From contig JAZRUK010000043.1 of the NCBI GenBank assembly GCA_045652525.1, forward strand, positions 8,973 to 72,972: a stretch of 64,000 nucleotides of DNA. Direction: 5' to 3'. Of this stretch, positions 26,736 through 37,102 are shown piece by piece. The stretch's first letter is position 1. Every line of letters starts with the position of its first letter. Origin of the DNA: Candidatus Gastranaerophilaceae bacterium (GTDB lineage: Bacteria > Cyanobacteriota > Vampirovibrionia > Gastranaerophilales > Gastranaerophilaceae). The notes under the pieces were generated by a model that was given only the letters and a program-made list of their open reading frames with translations, searched no databases and was not told the DNA's origin. The position numbers were made by a program, and so were the translations under genes.

Positions 26736-28103
26736 ATGGCAAAAGTAAAATCAAAATGGATATGTCAAGAATGTGGCTATGAAGCCGCAGGATATTTGGG
26801 TAAATGTCCTGAGTGTGGAGCTTGGGGAAGTTTAGTTGAGGAGGTCCAATCTTCTCTAAAACCTCAAGCTGTAAATCCTCAAGGTTTTTTAAATGAAGCA
26901 AAGCCATCTTTATTATCTAATATTCATATTGGCGAGGAAGTCCGAGTTAGTACAAATATTTCAGAATTTGATAGAATTTTAGGTGGAGGACTTGTTCAAG
27001 GGTCTTTGGTGTTGATTGCTGGAGATCCAGGAATTGGTAAATCAACAATTCTTTTGCAAACAAGTGGTGAACTTTGTAAAAACAATAAAAAGGTTCTGTA
27101 TGTTTCAGCTGAAGAAAGTGCAAGTCAATTGAAACTTAGGGCAGAAAGACTTGATATTAATTCAGATAATCTTTATATTTATCCGCAAATAAATTTGGAA
27201 AGTATAAGAGCTGAAATTGATAATATTTTACCTGATGTGGTTGTTGTAGATAGTATTCAAGCTATTTATTCTCAGACTATTGCAAGTTCCGCTGGCAGTG
27301 TTTCTCAAATTAGAGAATGTTGTAATATTTTAATGCAATTAGCAAAAAATAAAAATATCACTGTTATTGTTATTGGACACGTTACAAAAGACGGAAGTAT
27401 TGCGGGACCAAAAGTTCTTGAGCATATGGTAGATACTGTAATTTCTTTTGAAGGTGATAAATATAAGTCATATAGAATACTTCGTTCGATGAAAAATCGT
27501 TTCGGTAACACATCAGAAGTTGGGATCTTTGAGATGGGTTCAAAAGGTTTGATTTGTGTAACAAATCCAAATGAATTATTTTTGAATGAGCGTTCACAAG
27601 GCGCTATCCCAGGAAGTGCTATTGTTGTTACTAATGAAGGTACAAGACCTTTATTGGTAGAAATTCAGGCTTTGGTGGGAACAACACCTTATCCAAGCCC
27701 AAGAAGAGTTACAAACGGTGTAGATTCAAGTCGTTTATTGCAAATTCTTGCAGTTTTAGAAAAACGTGTTGGTTTAAATCTTTCAAAACAAGATGTTTAT
27801 GTAAATGTAATGGGTGGGATTGAGGTTGACGAACCAAGTGCTGATTTAGGTATTGCCTTGGCTGTTGCAACTTGTGCAAGAGATGTTGTTGTGGATAGTC
27901 AAACGGTAATTATTGGTGAAATTGGTTTGTCTGGTGAAATTCACCCTGTACATAATATTGAAAAAAGACTTAATGAAGCTCTAGCTTGCGGATTTAAAAA
28001 GGCAATTGTACCTTTTGCTAATAAGGTAGAATTTAATGGCTTGGAAATTGTGCCAGTAAAACGATTGATTGATGCTATTAGTGCTTGTGTATCATCGAAG
28101 TAA
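26736..28103 (+). CDS. radA: DNA repair protein RadA/Sms
   Basis: C4 zinc finger CQECGY...CPECG; Walker A GDPGIGKST; KNRFG motif; Lon-like C-terminus. Confidence 0.95.
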   Translation: MAKVKSKWICQECGYEAAGYLGKCPECGAWGSLVEEVQSSLKPQAVNPQGFLNEAKPSLLSNIHIGEEVRVSTNISEFDRILGGGLVQGSLVLIAGDPGIGKSTILLQTSGELCKNNKKVLYVSAEESASQLKLRAERLDINSDNLYIYPQINLESIRAEIDNILPDVVVVDSIQAIYSQTIASSAGSVSQIRECCNILMQLAKNKNITVIVIGHVTKDGSIAGPKVLEHMVDTVISFEGDKYKSYRILRSMKNRFGNTSEVGIFEMGSKGLICVTNPNELFLNERSQGAIPGSAIVVTNEGTRPLLVEIQALVGTTPYPSPRRVTNGVDSSRLLQILAVLEKRVGLNLSKQDVYVNVMGGIEVDEPSADLGIALAVATCARDVVVDSQTVIIGEIGLSGEIHPVHNIEKRLNEALACGFKKAIVPFANKVEFNGLEIVPVKRLIDAISACVSSK

Positions 28104-28418
28104 CTATTTTTTAGTGACACCTGGAGCATCTTTCACTACAAACGGTCTAACAAATGCCCATGTTCCATATAGGCAAGTTATAAGTCCTGCGGCGTTGAGT
28201 GTTTTTTTGATTGCGCTATTTTTGGCTAATGAGCTAAGAGCTGTCATTGTTGTACCCGCCATAAAACCTAAATAGCCTTTGAATATTGTGCGAGGAACAA
28301 CAACGGTGTCATTCATGTCTGCAGAATTACGTGTATTTGCGTAAAACTTGTCAGTAAATTTTAATTTTTGAGGTTCATTTTTAAATGAAACATTAGGATT
28401 AATTTTAGATATTTTCAT
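28104..28418 (-). CDS. Hypothetical small membrane protein
   Basis: GAGG 9 nt before the second ATG; C-terminal hydrophobic segments; its stop codon abuts the radA stop. Confidence 0.4.
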   Translation of the reverse strand: MKISKINPNVSFKNEPQKLKFTDKFYANTRNSADMNDTVVVPRTIFKGYLGFMAGTTMTALSSLAKNSAIKKTLNAAGLITCLYGTWAFVRPFVVKDAPGVTKK

Positions 28419-28497
28419 AAGCATTACCTCTTGATATGATTATAATTTAAAAAATAATAATTTAATCATTTTTTAACATTTTGTAAAGCCATAACTC

Positions 28498-29575
<1,078 letters not shown>

Positions 29576-29600
29576 TCTTTAACCAAAGATAAAATTAAAA

Positions 29601-29632
29601 AGGGACTTGATTAAATTCAGGTCTCTTTTTTT
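29601..29632 (+). terminator. Terminator after gap
   Basis: 10-bp hairpin AGGGACTTGA/TCAGGTCTCT with G-U pairs, followed by T7. Confidence 0.6.
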
Positions 29633-29716
29633 ATTATAGTTATTTAGTATTTACCAATATAGGGAATTAAACTTTTCTAAAAATAATAGATAATATTTTT
29701 GAAAGAGAGGTGCATT

Positions 29717-29920
29717 ATGCGTTTTGTAAAAACTTTGGCTTATGTGTTAGTGATAATTGGAGCTTTAAATTGGGGCTTAGTCGGATTTTTTAATTTTGAT
29801 TTGGTCGCTGCAATTTTTGGTGAAATGACATTTATGACAAGACTTATCTATGATATTGTCGGGATAAGTGCATTGGTTTATATGTTTACATCTTATAGAT
29901 ATTTAGGAAATGATTATTAA
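29717..29920 (+). CDS. DUF378-family small membrane protein
   Basis: IIGALNWGLVGFFNFDLV signature; start moved to the ATG behind AGAGAGG. Confidence 0.8.
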   Translation: MRFVKTLAYVLVIIGALNWGLVGFFNFDLVAAIFGEMTFMTRLIYDIVGISALVYMFTSYRYLGNDY

Positions 29921-29921
29921 C

Positions 29922-29945
29922 AAAAAGCCGAGCAATCGGCTTTTT
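29922..29945 (+). terminator. Terminator after the DUF378 gene
   Basis: AAAAAGCCGA-GCAA-TCGGCTTTTT. Confidence 0.65.
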
Positions 29946-29986
29946 ATAATTTGAAAATTATTAGTGTTTGTACTACAATTTATACA

Positions 29987-30325
29987 ATGAGAAAGTTATT
30001 TGTATTTATAGCTATTATATTTTCATTTGTATTCGGGTTGGCAAAAACTGATGCGGCAACTTATGTTTCGTTACCTAATGAGCCAATAGAAATTGTTGCA
30101 GTAGAAGAAAATTCATACAACGCTGTAAGCAACATGTCAGATAACTATTTCATATCAAATAATTCTCAATGTTCGATTGAGTATATTTTTGAAAGTTTAG
30201 GTTCTGCAGAGAACGATGATTTCAATATAAATAATTTATTTATTTCTTTAAATCAAAATTTTAAATTAAATAATTGTGTGAATGAATATCTCCTATCAAA
30301 TTCATTCAATCCAAGAGCTCCTTAA
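29987..30325 (+). CDS. Hypothetical secreted protein (112 aa)
   Basis: Signal peptide MRKLFVFIAIIFSFVFGLAKTDA/A; no SD; the ATG sits 7 nt after a -10 box. Confidence 0.4.
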   Translation: MRKLFVFIAIIFSFVFGLAKTDAATYVSLPNEPIEIVAVEENSYNAVSNMSDNYFISNNSQCSIEYIFESLGSAENDDFNINNLFISLNQNFKLNNCVNEYLLSNSFNPRAP

Positions 30326-30376
30326 GTTGACTATACTTAGTTTATAGTTTGTACAATTTAATAAGGAGAAAATAAT

Positions 30377-30628
30377 ATGGAAGATCTTTCATTATTGAAA
30401 GACGGTGCCGTAATTATGTGCCTAGGAATGGGATCAGTATTTTTATTCTTAGTTATCATGGTTTATGCAATGCGTATTATGGCATTTGTTATACAAAAGA
30501 TTAATAAATTTTTCCCGGAAACTCAACCGGAAGTGAATAAGTATGTTAAAAAATCGCAAAATAATACATCAGACAGTGAAATTGCGTTAGCAATAGCACT
30601 AGCTTATGCAAAAGCGCAGAAAGGATAG
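30377..30628 (+). CDS. OadG-family protein (gamma subunit of Na+-translocating decarboxylases)
   Basis: LGMGSVFLFLVIMVYAMRIM...FFPE...EIALAIALAYA closely follows the OadG pattern. Confidence 0.78.
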   Translation: MEDLSLLKDGAVIMCLGMGSVFLFLVIMVYAMRIMAFVIQKINKFFPETQPEVNKYVKKSQNNTSDSEIALAIALAYAKAQKG

Positions 30629-30634
30629 AGTAAT

Positions 30635-31960
30635 ATGGAATTTTTACATTCACTTGTAAGTGCTCATTCTGTTGCAATTGCAGCTACAATTCTTCTTGTT
30701 GCGTATGTATTTATAGCAACAGAAAAAATCCCAAAGGTTACAGTAGCATTAATTGGTGGAGCATTTACAATATTCTTGGGTCTTGTTGGTGCAGAAAGGG
30801 CAAATGGAGAGGTTTTAAATCCTCATTATTTTATTAATTTCGTAGATTTTGGAGTAATTTTCTTACTTGTTTCTATGATGATTATTGTAAATATTGCCAC
30901 AAAAAGTGGGATGTTTAATTGGATTGCTAACGAACTATTAAAAATGACAAAAGGTCACCCAGTTAAAGTTTTGTTTGCTTTAGGCTTCTTCACTGCAATA
31001 ACTTCGGCGTTTCTTGATAATGTTACAACAGTAATTCTTATTATGCCTATCACATTTGTTATTGCAAAACAGTTGGATATCAATCCGATACCGTTTTTGA
31101 TTACAGAAATTTTTGCTTCCAATATTGGTGGTACAGCAACATTGATTGGCGACCCTCCAAATATCATTATTGGTAGTGCCGCTGGTCTATCGTTTATGGA
31201 TTTTATTATTGAGTTGACTCCAGTTGTAGCAGTTATTCTTTTGGTAGTTCTTGTAATGCTTATTTTTGTATTTAGAAAAGATATGGTAACTACTGAAGAA
31301 AAAATGTCAGCTGTCGCTAAATTGGATAATTCAAAAACAATTACAGATTTCCCATTAATGATTAGAAGCTCAATTATTTTGACATTAGTTATTATTGGTT
31401 TTGTATTGCACGATATTACACATATTCCTGCGTATTTAACTGCAATGATTGGTGCAAGCATATTACTATTATTTGAAAAACCGACTGAAATATTGAGGGA
31501 TGTTGAATGGAATACAATATTCTTTTTTATCGGTTTATTTATAATAATTGCTGGACTAGAAGCCTCAGGCGGTATTGCATTGATGGCAAAATGGATATTA
31601 AATGTTACACAAGGCTCTCAAGAAGCTGCAGGTATGTTGATTCTATGGGCTTCAGGTATTATCTCTGGTATTATTGATAATATTCCATACACTGCGACCA
31701 TGGCACCAATGCTTTTAGAAATTCAAAAAGTTATGGGGGTTGAGTATTCTTACCCATTGTGGTGGTGTTTGTCATTGGGTGCTTGTTTAGGTGGAAACAT
31801 GACGATTATTGGCGCTGCTGCGAACGTCATTGTTTCAGAAGCTTCAGCACACAAGGGATATCCGATATCATTTATGAGATTTTTGAAATACGGTTTTGTA
31901 ACAATGCTTATTTCATTAATCTTAAGTACGGTTTATATCTACATTAGGTTCTTGCACTAA
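30635..31960 (+). CDS. ArsB/NhaD-superfamily anion permease
   Basis: FLDNVTTVILIMPI and SNIGGTATLIGDPPNIIIG motifs; polytopic; 441 aa. Confidence 0.8.
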   Translation: MEFLHSLVSAHSVAIAATILLVAYVFIATEKIPKVTVALIGGAFTIFLGLVGAERANGEVLNPHYFINFVDFGVIFLLVSMMIIVNIATKSGMFNWIANELLKMTKGHPVKVLFALGFFTAITSAFLDNVTTVILIMPITFVIAKQLDINPIPFLITEIFASNIGGTATLIGDPPNIIIGSAAGLSFMDFIIELTPVVAVILLVVLVMLIFVFRKDMVTTEEKMSAVAKLDNSKTITDFPLMIRSSIILTLVIIGFVLHDITHIPAYLTAMIGASILLLFEKPTEILRDVEWNTIFFFIGLFIIIAGLEASGGIALMAKWILNVTQGSQEAAGMLILWASGIISGIIDNIPYTATMAPMLLEIQKVMGVEYSYPLWWCLSLGACLGGNMTIIGAAANVIVSEASAHKGYPISFMRFLKYGFVTMLISLILSTVYIYIRFLH

Positions 31961-31971
31961 GCGAGAATAAA

Positions 31972-31998
31972 GCCACCCCTTCGGGGTGGCCTTTTTTT
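31972..31998 (+). terminator. Terminator after the permease gene
   Basis: GCCACCCC-TTC-GGGGTGGC followed by T7. Confidence 0.75.
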
Positions 31999-32030
31999 GT
32001 TTTATAATATAATAAATATATGAGGTAGTT

Positions 32031-32468
32031 ATGAATAACAAAGAAAAAATAGCTGAGGATTTATTTAGGCAGGGTTATAATTGTGCACAATCAGTTTTAG
32101 GAGCTTTTTATGAAGACATAGGAATGTCTTTTGAAGAAGCTTTAAAATTAGCATCTTCTTTTGGTGGTGGAATGGGTAGAATGCGTGAAGTTTGTGGCGC
32201 TGTAAGTTCAATGTTTATGATTGCAGGAATTAAAGAAGGCTATATTTCTCCAAATGATGATGTTACAAAAGAAAAACACTACGCTTTAATTCAGAAATTG
32301 GCTGATAAATTTAAAAATGAACATAGAACTATAATTTGCCGAGAGCTCTTGGATACTGAAGACAATTCTCCAACTCCGTCAAAGCGTACAGAGCAATATT
32401 ACCAAGAAAGACCCTGTGAAGAATTTATAAAAACTGCCGCTCGAATAATTTCAGAAGAGTTATTGTAG
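32031..32468 (+). CDS. C_GCAxxG_C_C-family protein
   Basis: GYNCAQSVLGAF and the downstream Cys pattern (CGAV..., ICRELL, PCEEF). Confidence 0.85.
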   Translation: MNNKEKIAEDLFRQGYNCAQSVLGAFYEDIGMSFEEALKLASSFGGGMGRMREVCGAVSSMFMIAGIKEGYISPNDDVTKEKHYALIQKLADKFKNEHRTIICRELLDTEDNSPTPSKRTEQYYQERPCEEFIKTAARIISEELL

Positions 32469-33227
32469 TGCTTTCTTAGCATTTTTCCATAGTTGGTCAA
32501 ATTCTTCAAAAGAATATTCTTCCAGAGGTTTTGTTGAAAGTTCTTCCATTTTTCTAAAACGTTTTTCAAATTTTTTATTTGTTTTTAAAAGAGCTTGTTC
32601 TGCATCAATTTTATTCCAACGAGCAAGGTTTACAACAGCAAAAAGAATGTCCCCGAGTTCTTCTTCCATATGTTCTTTGTCTTGTTCTAGGCAAGCTTCT
32701 TTAAATTCGTCAAATTCTGAAAATACGCATTCGTATAAAGAACTTTCATTCGGCCATTCAAAGCCAGTTTTTACGGCTTTTTTGCTTATTTTTTGCGCAG
32801 TCATTAATGCAGATTGAGCTTTTGAAATACCGTCCATAGCAGATTTTCTATGTTTCTTTTCTTCTGCTTTTAATTTCTCCCAGTTCGCAAGGATTTCGTC
32901 AGTTGAAGAAACTTTTTGTCCGCCAAATACGTGGGGATGTCTGTGAATTAATTTATCCTTAATCCCTTGGGCAACATCTTCTATTGTGAAATCACCATTT
33001 TCACTTGCTATTTGAGCATGCAAGACTACTTGCAACAGCACATCTCCAAGTTCTTCTTTTAAATGAACCATGTCATTATCGTCCATGGCATCAACCGCTT
33101 CGTAGGCTTCTTCAAGCATGTTTGGTCGCAGGCTTTGATGAGTCTGTTCTCGGTCCCACTGACAGCCATCTGGCGCACGTAGCCTGCGTATTACTTCGAT
33201 TAATTCTTCTAAATTTTTATATCCCAT
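32460..33227 (-). CDS. mazG: Nucleoside triphosphate pyrophosphohydrolase MazG (two-domain)
   Basis: CQWDREQTHQSL, EEAYE and two EELGD repeats. Confidence 0.92.
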   Translation of the reverse strand: MGYKNLEELIEVIRRLRAPDGCQWDREQTHQSLRPNMLEEAYEAVDAMDDNDMVHLKEELGDVLLQVVLHAQIASENGDFTIEDVAQGIKDKLIHRHPHVFGGQKVSSTDEILANWEKLKAEEKKHRKSAMDGISKAQSALMTAQKISKKAVKTGFEWPNESSLYECVFSEFDEFKEACLEQDKEHMEEELGDILFAVVNLARWNKIDAEQALLKTNKKFEKRFRKMEELSTKPLEEYSFEEFDQLWKNAKKALQ

Positions 33228-33355
33228 ATAGAAATTTTATCACAAACTCCAACTAAAGTTTAAATTAAAATTCTAAATAATACATCAAAAGGTGGATTTA
33301 TATTTCGGGCACTATGTTATTCTATGTGTGTGAATAGTTAGAGAGAGGTATACAT

Positions 33356-33832
33356 ATGGCTATAATAGCAAAGATTGGTCAAATCTTAAACACCCCAATT
33401 GGTACTTCAGCAAGAGCTGAACAAAAACGTACCTATGCAAATGCATCAAATCCGTTTTCAGCAACATCATTCAAAGGTAATGTGTTGACTGCTGATGTTT
33501 TTGAAACAAAAGCGACTGCAAAGAATAAATTAACTTATAGTGCACTAGTTGGATCAATCAATGACGCATTCCCTACATTTAGAAAAGGTATTGAATCAGT
33601 TGTTGCATTTGGCAACAGAATGAAAGAAGGCGTATCTTCAGTTTGTCATAAATTACATGAAATTGGTAATATGGAAGTAACTATTGATTTTGCAGGTGCA
33701 GGCCGTGCTATGAGATCAAGCTGGGATTCAATGGTTAACAGATACAGTGTTAATAACTTAACAAATAGATATTCAGAAGCTGAATTAGGTGAAATGCTAA
33801 GTTCTGAATTAAGTATGAGCGTTATAGGCTAG
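33356..33832 (+). CDS. Hypothetical protein (158 aa)
   Basis: GAGAGAGG RBS; no family recognised. Confidence 0.5.
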   Translation: MAIIAKIGQILNTPIGTSARAEQKRTYANASNPFSATSFKGNVLTADVFETKATAKNKLTYSALVGSINDAFPTFRKGIESVVAFGNRMKEGVSSVCHKLHEIGNMEVTIDFAGAGRAMRSSWDSMVNRYSVNNLTNRYSEAELGEMLSSELSMSVIG

Positions 33833-33840
33833 GAGGAACA

Positions 33841-34203
33841 ATGAAAGATTTTAGAAAAGCAAAAAATATTATTGACGCATTATCACTAAAAGGTACTGAA
33901 GAATCAACAAGAATTCTTGAAGAAATTGGTACAAATTCAGCTGTTGATGAAGTTAGAGAACACACTGTAAGAGCTTTGGTTAGACAGAATAAACATGATG
34001 CTTTATCAGTTGTTATTACTAACAAAGGTAAAGGTATTAATGATATGTCAACAGTTGTTGCAATGAGTACTATTAACGAGTTATTAGCTCTTGAAAATAA
34101 AGAAGAAGCTATCAACATTCTTTCAGAAACTGTAGAAATGCATTCAGATGAAGAAGTTAGAGAAAATGCTCGTTCAGTAAAAGCTTTAATGGCACTAAGC
34201 TAA
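33841..34203 (+). CDS. Hypothetical HEAT-repeat-like protein (120 aa)
   Basis: AGGAGGAA RBS; repeated ...DEVRE.TVRAL... and ...EEVRENARSVKAL... resemble HEAT/PBS-lyase repeats. Confidence 0.5.
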   Translation: MKDFRKAKNIIDALSLKGTEESTRILEEIGTNSAVDEVREHTVRALVRQNKHDALSVVITNKGKGINDMSTVVAMSTINELLALENKEEAINILSETVEMHSDEEVRENARSVKALMALS

Positions 34204-34228
34204 TAATAGCTATATGATATATTATAAT

Positions 34229-34255
34229 AAAGGACCTCAATGAGGTCCTTTTCTT
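34229..34255. terminator. Bidirectional terminator
   Basis: AGGACCTC-AAT-GAGGTCCT flanked by an A-run and a T-run, between convergent genes. Confidence 0.6.
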
Positions 34256-34273
34256 GTTTAAATATTATAAAGC

Positions 34274-35521
34274 TTAGTAGTAAAAACCGTCTGCTTTCAT
34301 GCGGTCAATTACTTCTTGAAGTTGTTCATCAGAACAAACGTATGAAAGTCTGAAATAACCTTCTCCACAATTTCCAAATGCTGTGCCAGGAACAATTACT
34401 ATGCCCGAAGTAGATAGTAAGTCTTCACAAAATTCCATTGCGGTTTTATATTTTCTAGGAATTGGTAACCATAGATAGAATGTTGTATGAGGAACTTTGC
34501 TATCGTCGATATCCCAGCCTAATTCTTTAAATCCTTTTACCATAATCGCTTGTTTTCGTTTGTATCCAAGGTTACCTTCTGCAATGTAATCATCACCTTC
34601 TTTTGAATTTAATATTTCAGCACAAGCTTTCTGTAAGGCTTTAAATATGCCATTATCAACAGTAGATTTACCTTTGCCAAGCCTTTGAACAACAAATTCG
34701 TTGCCGCAAACCCAACCTAAACGCCAGCCTGTAACTGCATAAGGTTTTGATAAGCTGTGAAATTCTACTGCGATATCTTTAGCGCCATCAAGTTCGAACA
34801 CGCTGAATGGTTTTTCTTTTTCATCAAAATACAAATCCGCATATGCTAAATCAGAAATAAGCAAAATTTTGTGTTTTTTACAAAAATCAATAGCAGATTG
34901 TACGTATTCTCTAGTTGCGCTAACTCCAAGAGGATTGTTTGGATAATTAATTACAAGAGCTTTTAAATTTTCTGGTTTATGACCGTCTTTGATGAAGCTT
35001 TCGTATATTTCATCAAAATTTGGCATGTAATTATTTTCCTTTGTTAGTGGTATTTGGTATGCGAATCCACCTGCGCATTGAATAAATTGAATATAAGACG
35101 CGTAACAAGGATCAGGTATCATTATAACGTCTTTATCAGTATCTTTTTGTGTAATCAAAAAACGCATAAGATTAGAGATGCCTTCTTTTGAACCAACGAG
35201 CGAGAAAATCTCTTTATTAGGGTCTAAATCAACTCCAAAGCGATTTTTCATTCTTGTTGCGATTGCATTTCTAAAATAATCTTCTCCTTTCGGAATTGAA
35301 TATGTGTGAATCCCATCTTCGTCAAGGATTTCTTTTAGACGGTCAACAATGTATTTAGGTGGATTTGCTGTAGGAGCACCCATTGATAAAGAAATAGGAG
35401 CTCTATTTTTTGCCACAAGCTCAGGTTTGAGTTTTGCAGTCAACTCTTTTAATCTGAACATAATATATGTGTCTAAAGACATTACGTCTTTGTTAAATAA
35501 ATTTTCTTTAAAATTATTCAT
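34274..35521 (-). CDS. Class I/II PLP-dependent aminotransferase
   Basis: 415 aa; NYPNNPLG and HSLSKPYAVTGWRLGW (PLP lysine) motifs; substrate not assignable by eye. Confidence 0.85.
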   Translation of the reverse strand: MNNFKENLFNKDVMSLDTYIMFRLKELTAKLKPELVAKNRAPISLSMGAPTANPPKYIVDRLKEILDEDGIHTYSIPKGEDYFRNAIATRMKNRFGVDLDPNKEIFSLVGSKEGISNLMRFLITQKDTDKDVIMIPDPCYASYIQFIQCAGGFAYQIPLTKENNYMPNFDEIYESFIKDGHKPENLKALVINYPNNPLGVSATREYVQSAIDFCKKHKILLISDLAYADLYFDEKEKPFSVFELDGAKDIAVEFHSLSKPYAVTGWRLGWVCGNEFVVQRLGKGKSTVDNGIFKALQKACAEILNSKEGDDYIAEGNLGYKRKQAIMVKGFKELGWDIDDSKVPHTTFYLWLPIPRKYKTAMEFCEDLLSTSGIVIVPGTAFGNCGEGYFRLSYVCSDEQLQEVIDRMKADGFYY

Positions 35522-35535
35522 ATCCTTTTCTTCCT

Positions 35536-36255
35536 TTATGATTGCATTTGCATCGGCCCTTCCAATGATGCCGTAACAAATTGTTTTGTGTATGGGGTGT
35601 TTTGTTGTAAAAGTTCTTCTGGTGTTCCTTCAAACACTATTTTACCATCGTACAACATTATAACACGATCAGCTGTTCTTGTAATTGTTGACATTTGGTG
35701 TGTAACAACAATTGAGGCTGCGTTTGTTTCTTCTTTTAATCTCACGATGTAATCCTCAATTAATGTTGAAGATATTGGATCCAAGCCCGCTGTCGGTTCA
35801 TCGTATAAAATTGTATTTGGATTAGTAACTATAGCTCTAGCAAAGCTCACTCTTTTTTGCATACCGCCAGAAAGCTCTGAAGGGTAAAGTTCTTCAATAC
35901 CTTTAAGACCAACTAATTCAAGTTTTTGTAGTACTATTTCATTAATTTCTTCAGGGGTATATTTTTTTCTAAGGTCTTGTCTTTCTCTTAGAGCAAATGA
36001 AATATTGTCAGCAACATTTAGTGAATCAAATAAGGCTGAGTATTGAAATACCATGGCGATATCTCCGTCAGATGTAATGATTTCGCCATTATCTTTTTCA
36101 ATAAGTCCAGAAATTAATTTTAGAATGGTACTTTTACCAGAACCGCTGAATCCAACAATAGCAAGTGTTTCACCGTCATTTACTTCAAAAGATACATTGT
36201 CTATTACGGTTTTATTACCAAAATTTTTTCTTAAATTTTCAACTTTTATACTCAT
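35536..36255 (-). CDS. mlaF: ABC transporter ATP-binding protein, MlaF-like
   Basis: Walker A GFSGSGKST; signature LSGGMQKR; Walker B ILYDEPTAGLD; adjacent to the MlaE-like permease. Confidence 0.82.
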   Translation of the reverse strand: MSIKVENLRKNFGNKTVIDNVSFEVNDGETLAIVGFSGSGKSTILKLISGLIEKDNGEIITSDGDIAMVFQYSALFDSLNVADNISFALRERQDLRKKYTPEEINEIVLQKLELVGLKGIEELYPSELSGGMQKRVSFARAIVTNPNTILYDEPTAGLDPISSTLIEDYIVRLKEETNAASIVVTHQMSTITRTADRVIMLYDGKIVFEGTPEELLQQNTPYTKQFVTASLEGPMQMQS

Positions 36256-36273
36256 AATTACCTTCTTATTGTA

Positions 36274-37083
36274 TTAAAAGAAAAATGCTATTGCAAATAC
36301 CATATCCCAAATTACTATAGCAACAAATGACCAAACAACTGCTTTTGTTGTTGCTAAACCTACACCTTTAGCACCTCCTGTTGCAAAATAACCGCATGTG
36401 CAACTGATAAGAGCTATTGTTCCGCCAAAGCATATTGCTTTTAACAAGCTTACCCATAAATCTTTCATATAAATTCCAAGCCAAGCTGAATCAAAATATG
36501 CTCTGTAGCTAAGTCCAGCAAAAGCATCTGAAGTTACGGCTCCTGCTAAAACCCCAATTACAGCGGCTAATATGGTTATAAATGGCATCATGATTATTCC
36601 GGATAATATTCTTGGTATAAATAAATTTGCTATTGGGTCAACCTTTAAGACTTTAATAGCGTCAATTTGTTCAGTTACTCTCATAGTCGCAATTTCAGAG
36701 GCTAATGAAGAACCAATCATTGAAATTATTGCAAAGCCAGACATAATAACAGCTATTTCTCTAACAATAAGTATTGTCATCATCATGCCAATAAAATTCC
36801 CGCCGCCTTGCTTAACCATTTCCAATGCAACTTGAGATGCAATAATAACCGATGTCATTGCAACAATTGAAAGAGTTATAGGAAGTGAACTTACACCAAA
36901 TCTGGCGCATTGTTCGATAAGCTCTTTTTTATCAATTTTATACTTGAATAAGCATTGAAGTAAGTGAAATCCCACTTCAGTTATTTTCCCTAAAGTGTCT
37001 AAAAACTCCACAAAAACACCGGATATTCCTTTGAATATTCGATAGGTTGCTGATTGTTTATAATATTTAGATACCAAACCCAT
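36274..37083 (-). CDS. mlaE: ABC transporter permease, MlaE-like
   Basis: 269 aa; TM layout and the MRVTEQIDAIKVLKVDP motif are typical of MlaE/Ttg2B/TGD1. Confidence 0.82.
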   Translation of the reverse strand: MGLVSKYYKQSATYRIFKGISGVFVEFLDTLGKITEVGFHLLQCLFKYKIDKKELIEQCARFGVSSLPITLSIVAMTSVIIASQVALEMVKQGGGNFIGMMMTILIVREIAVIMSGFAIISMIGSSLASEIATMRVTEQIDAIKVLKVDPIANLFIPRILSGIIMMPFITILAAVIGVLAGAVTSDAFAGLSYRAYFDSAWLGIYMKDLWVSLLKAICFGGTIALISCTCGYFATGGAKGVGLATTKAVVWSFVAIVIWDMVFAIAFFF

Positions 37084-37102
37084 AATTAAATTATATCACA
37101 AA

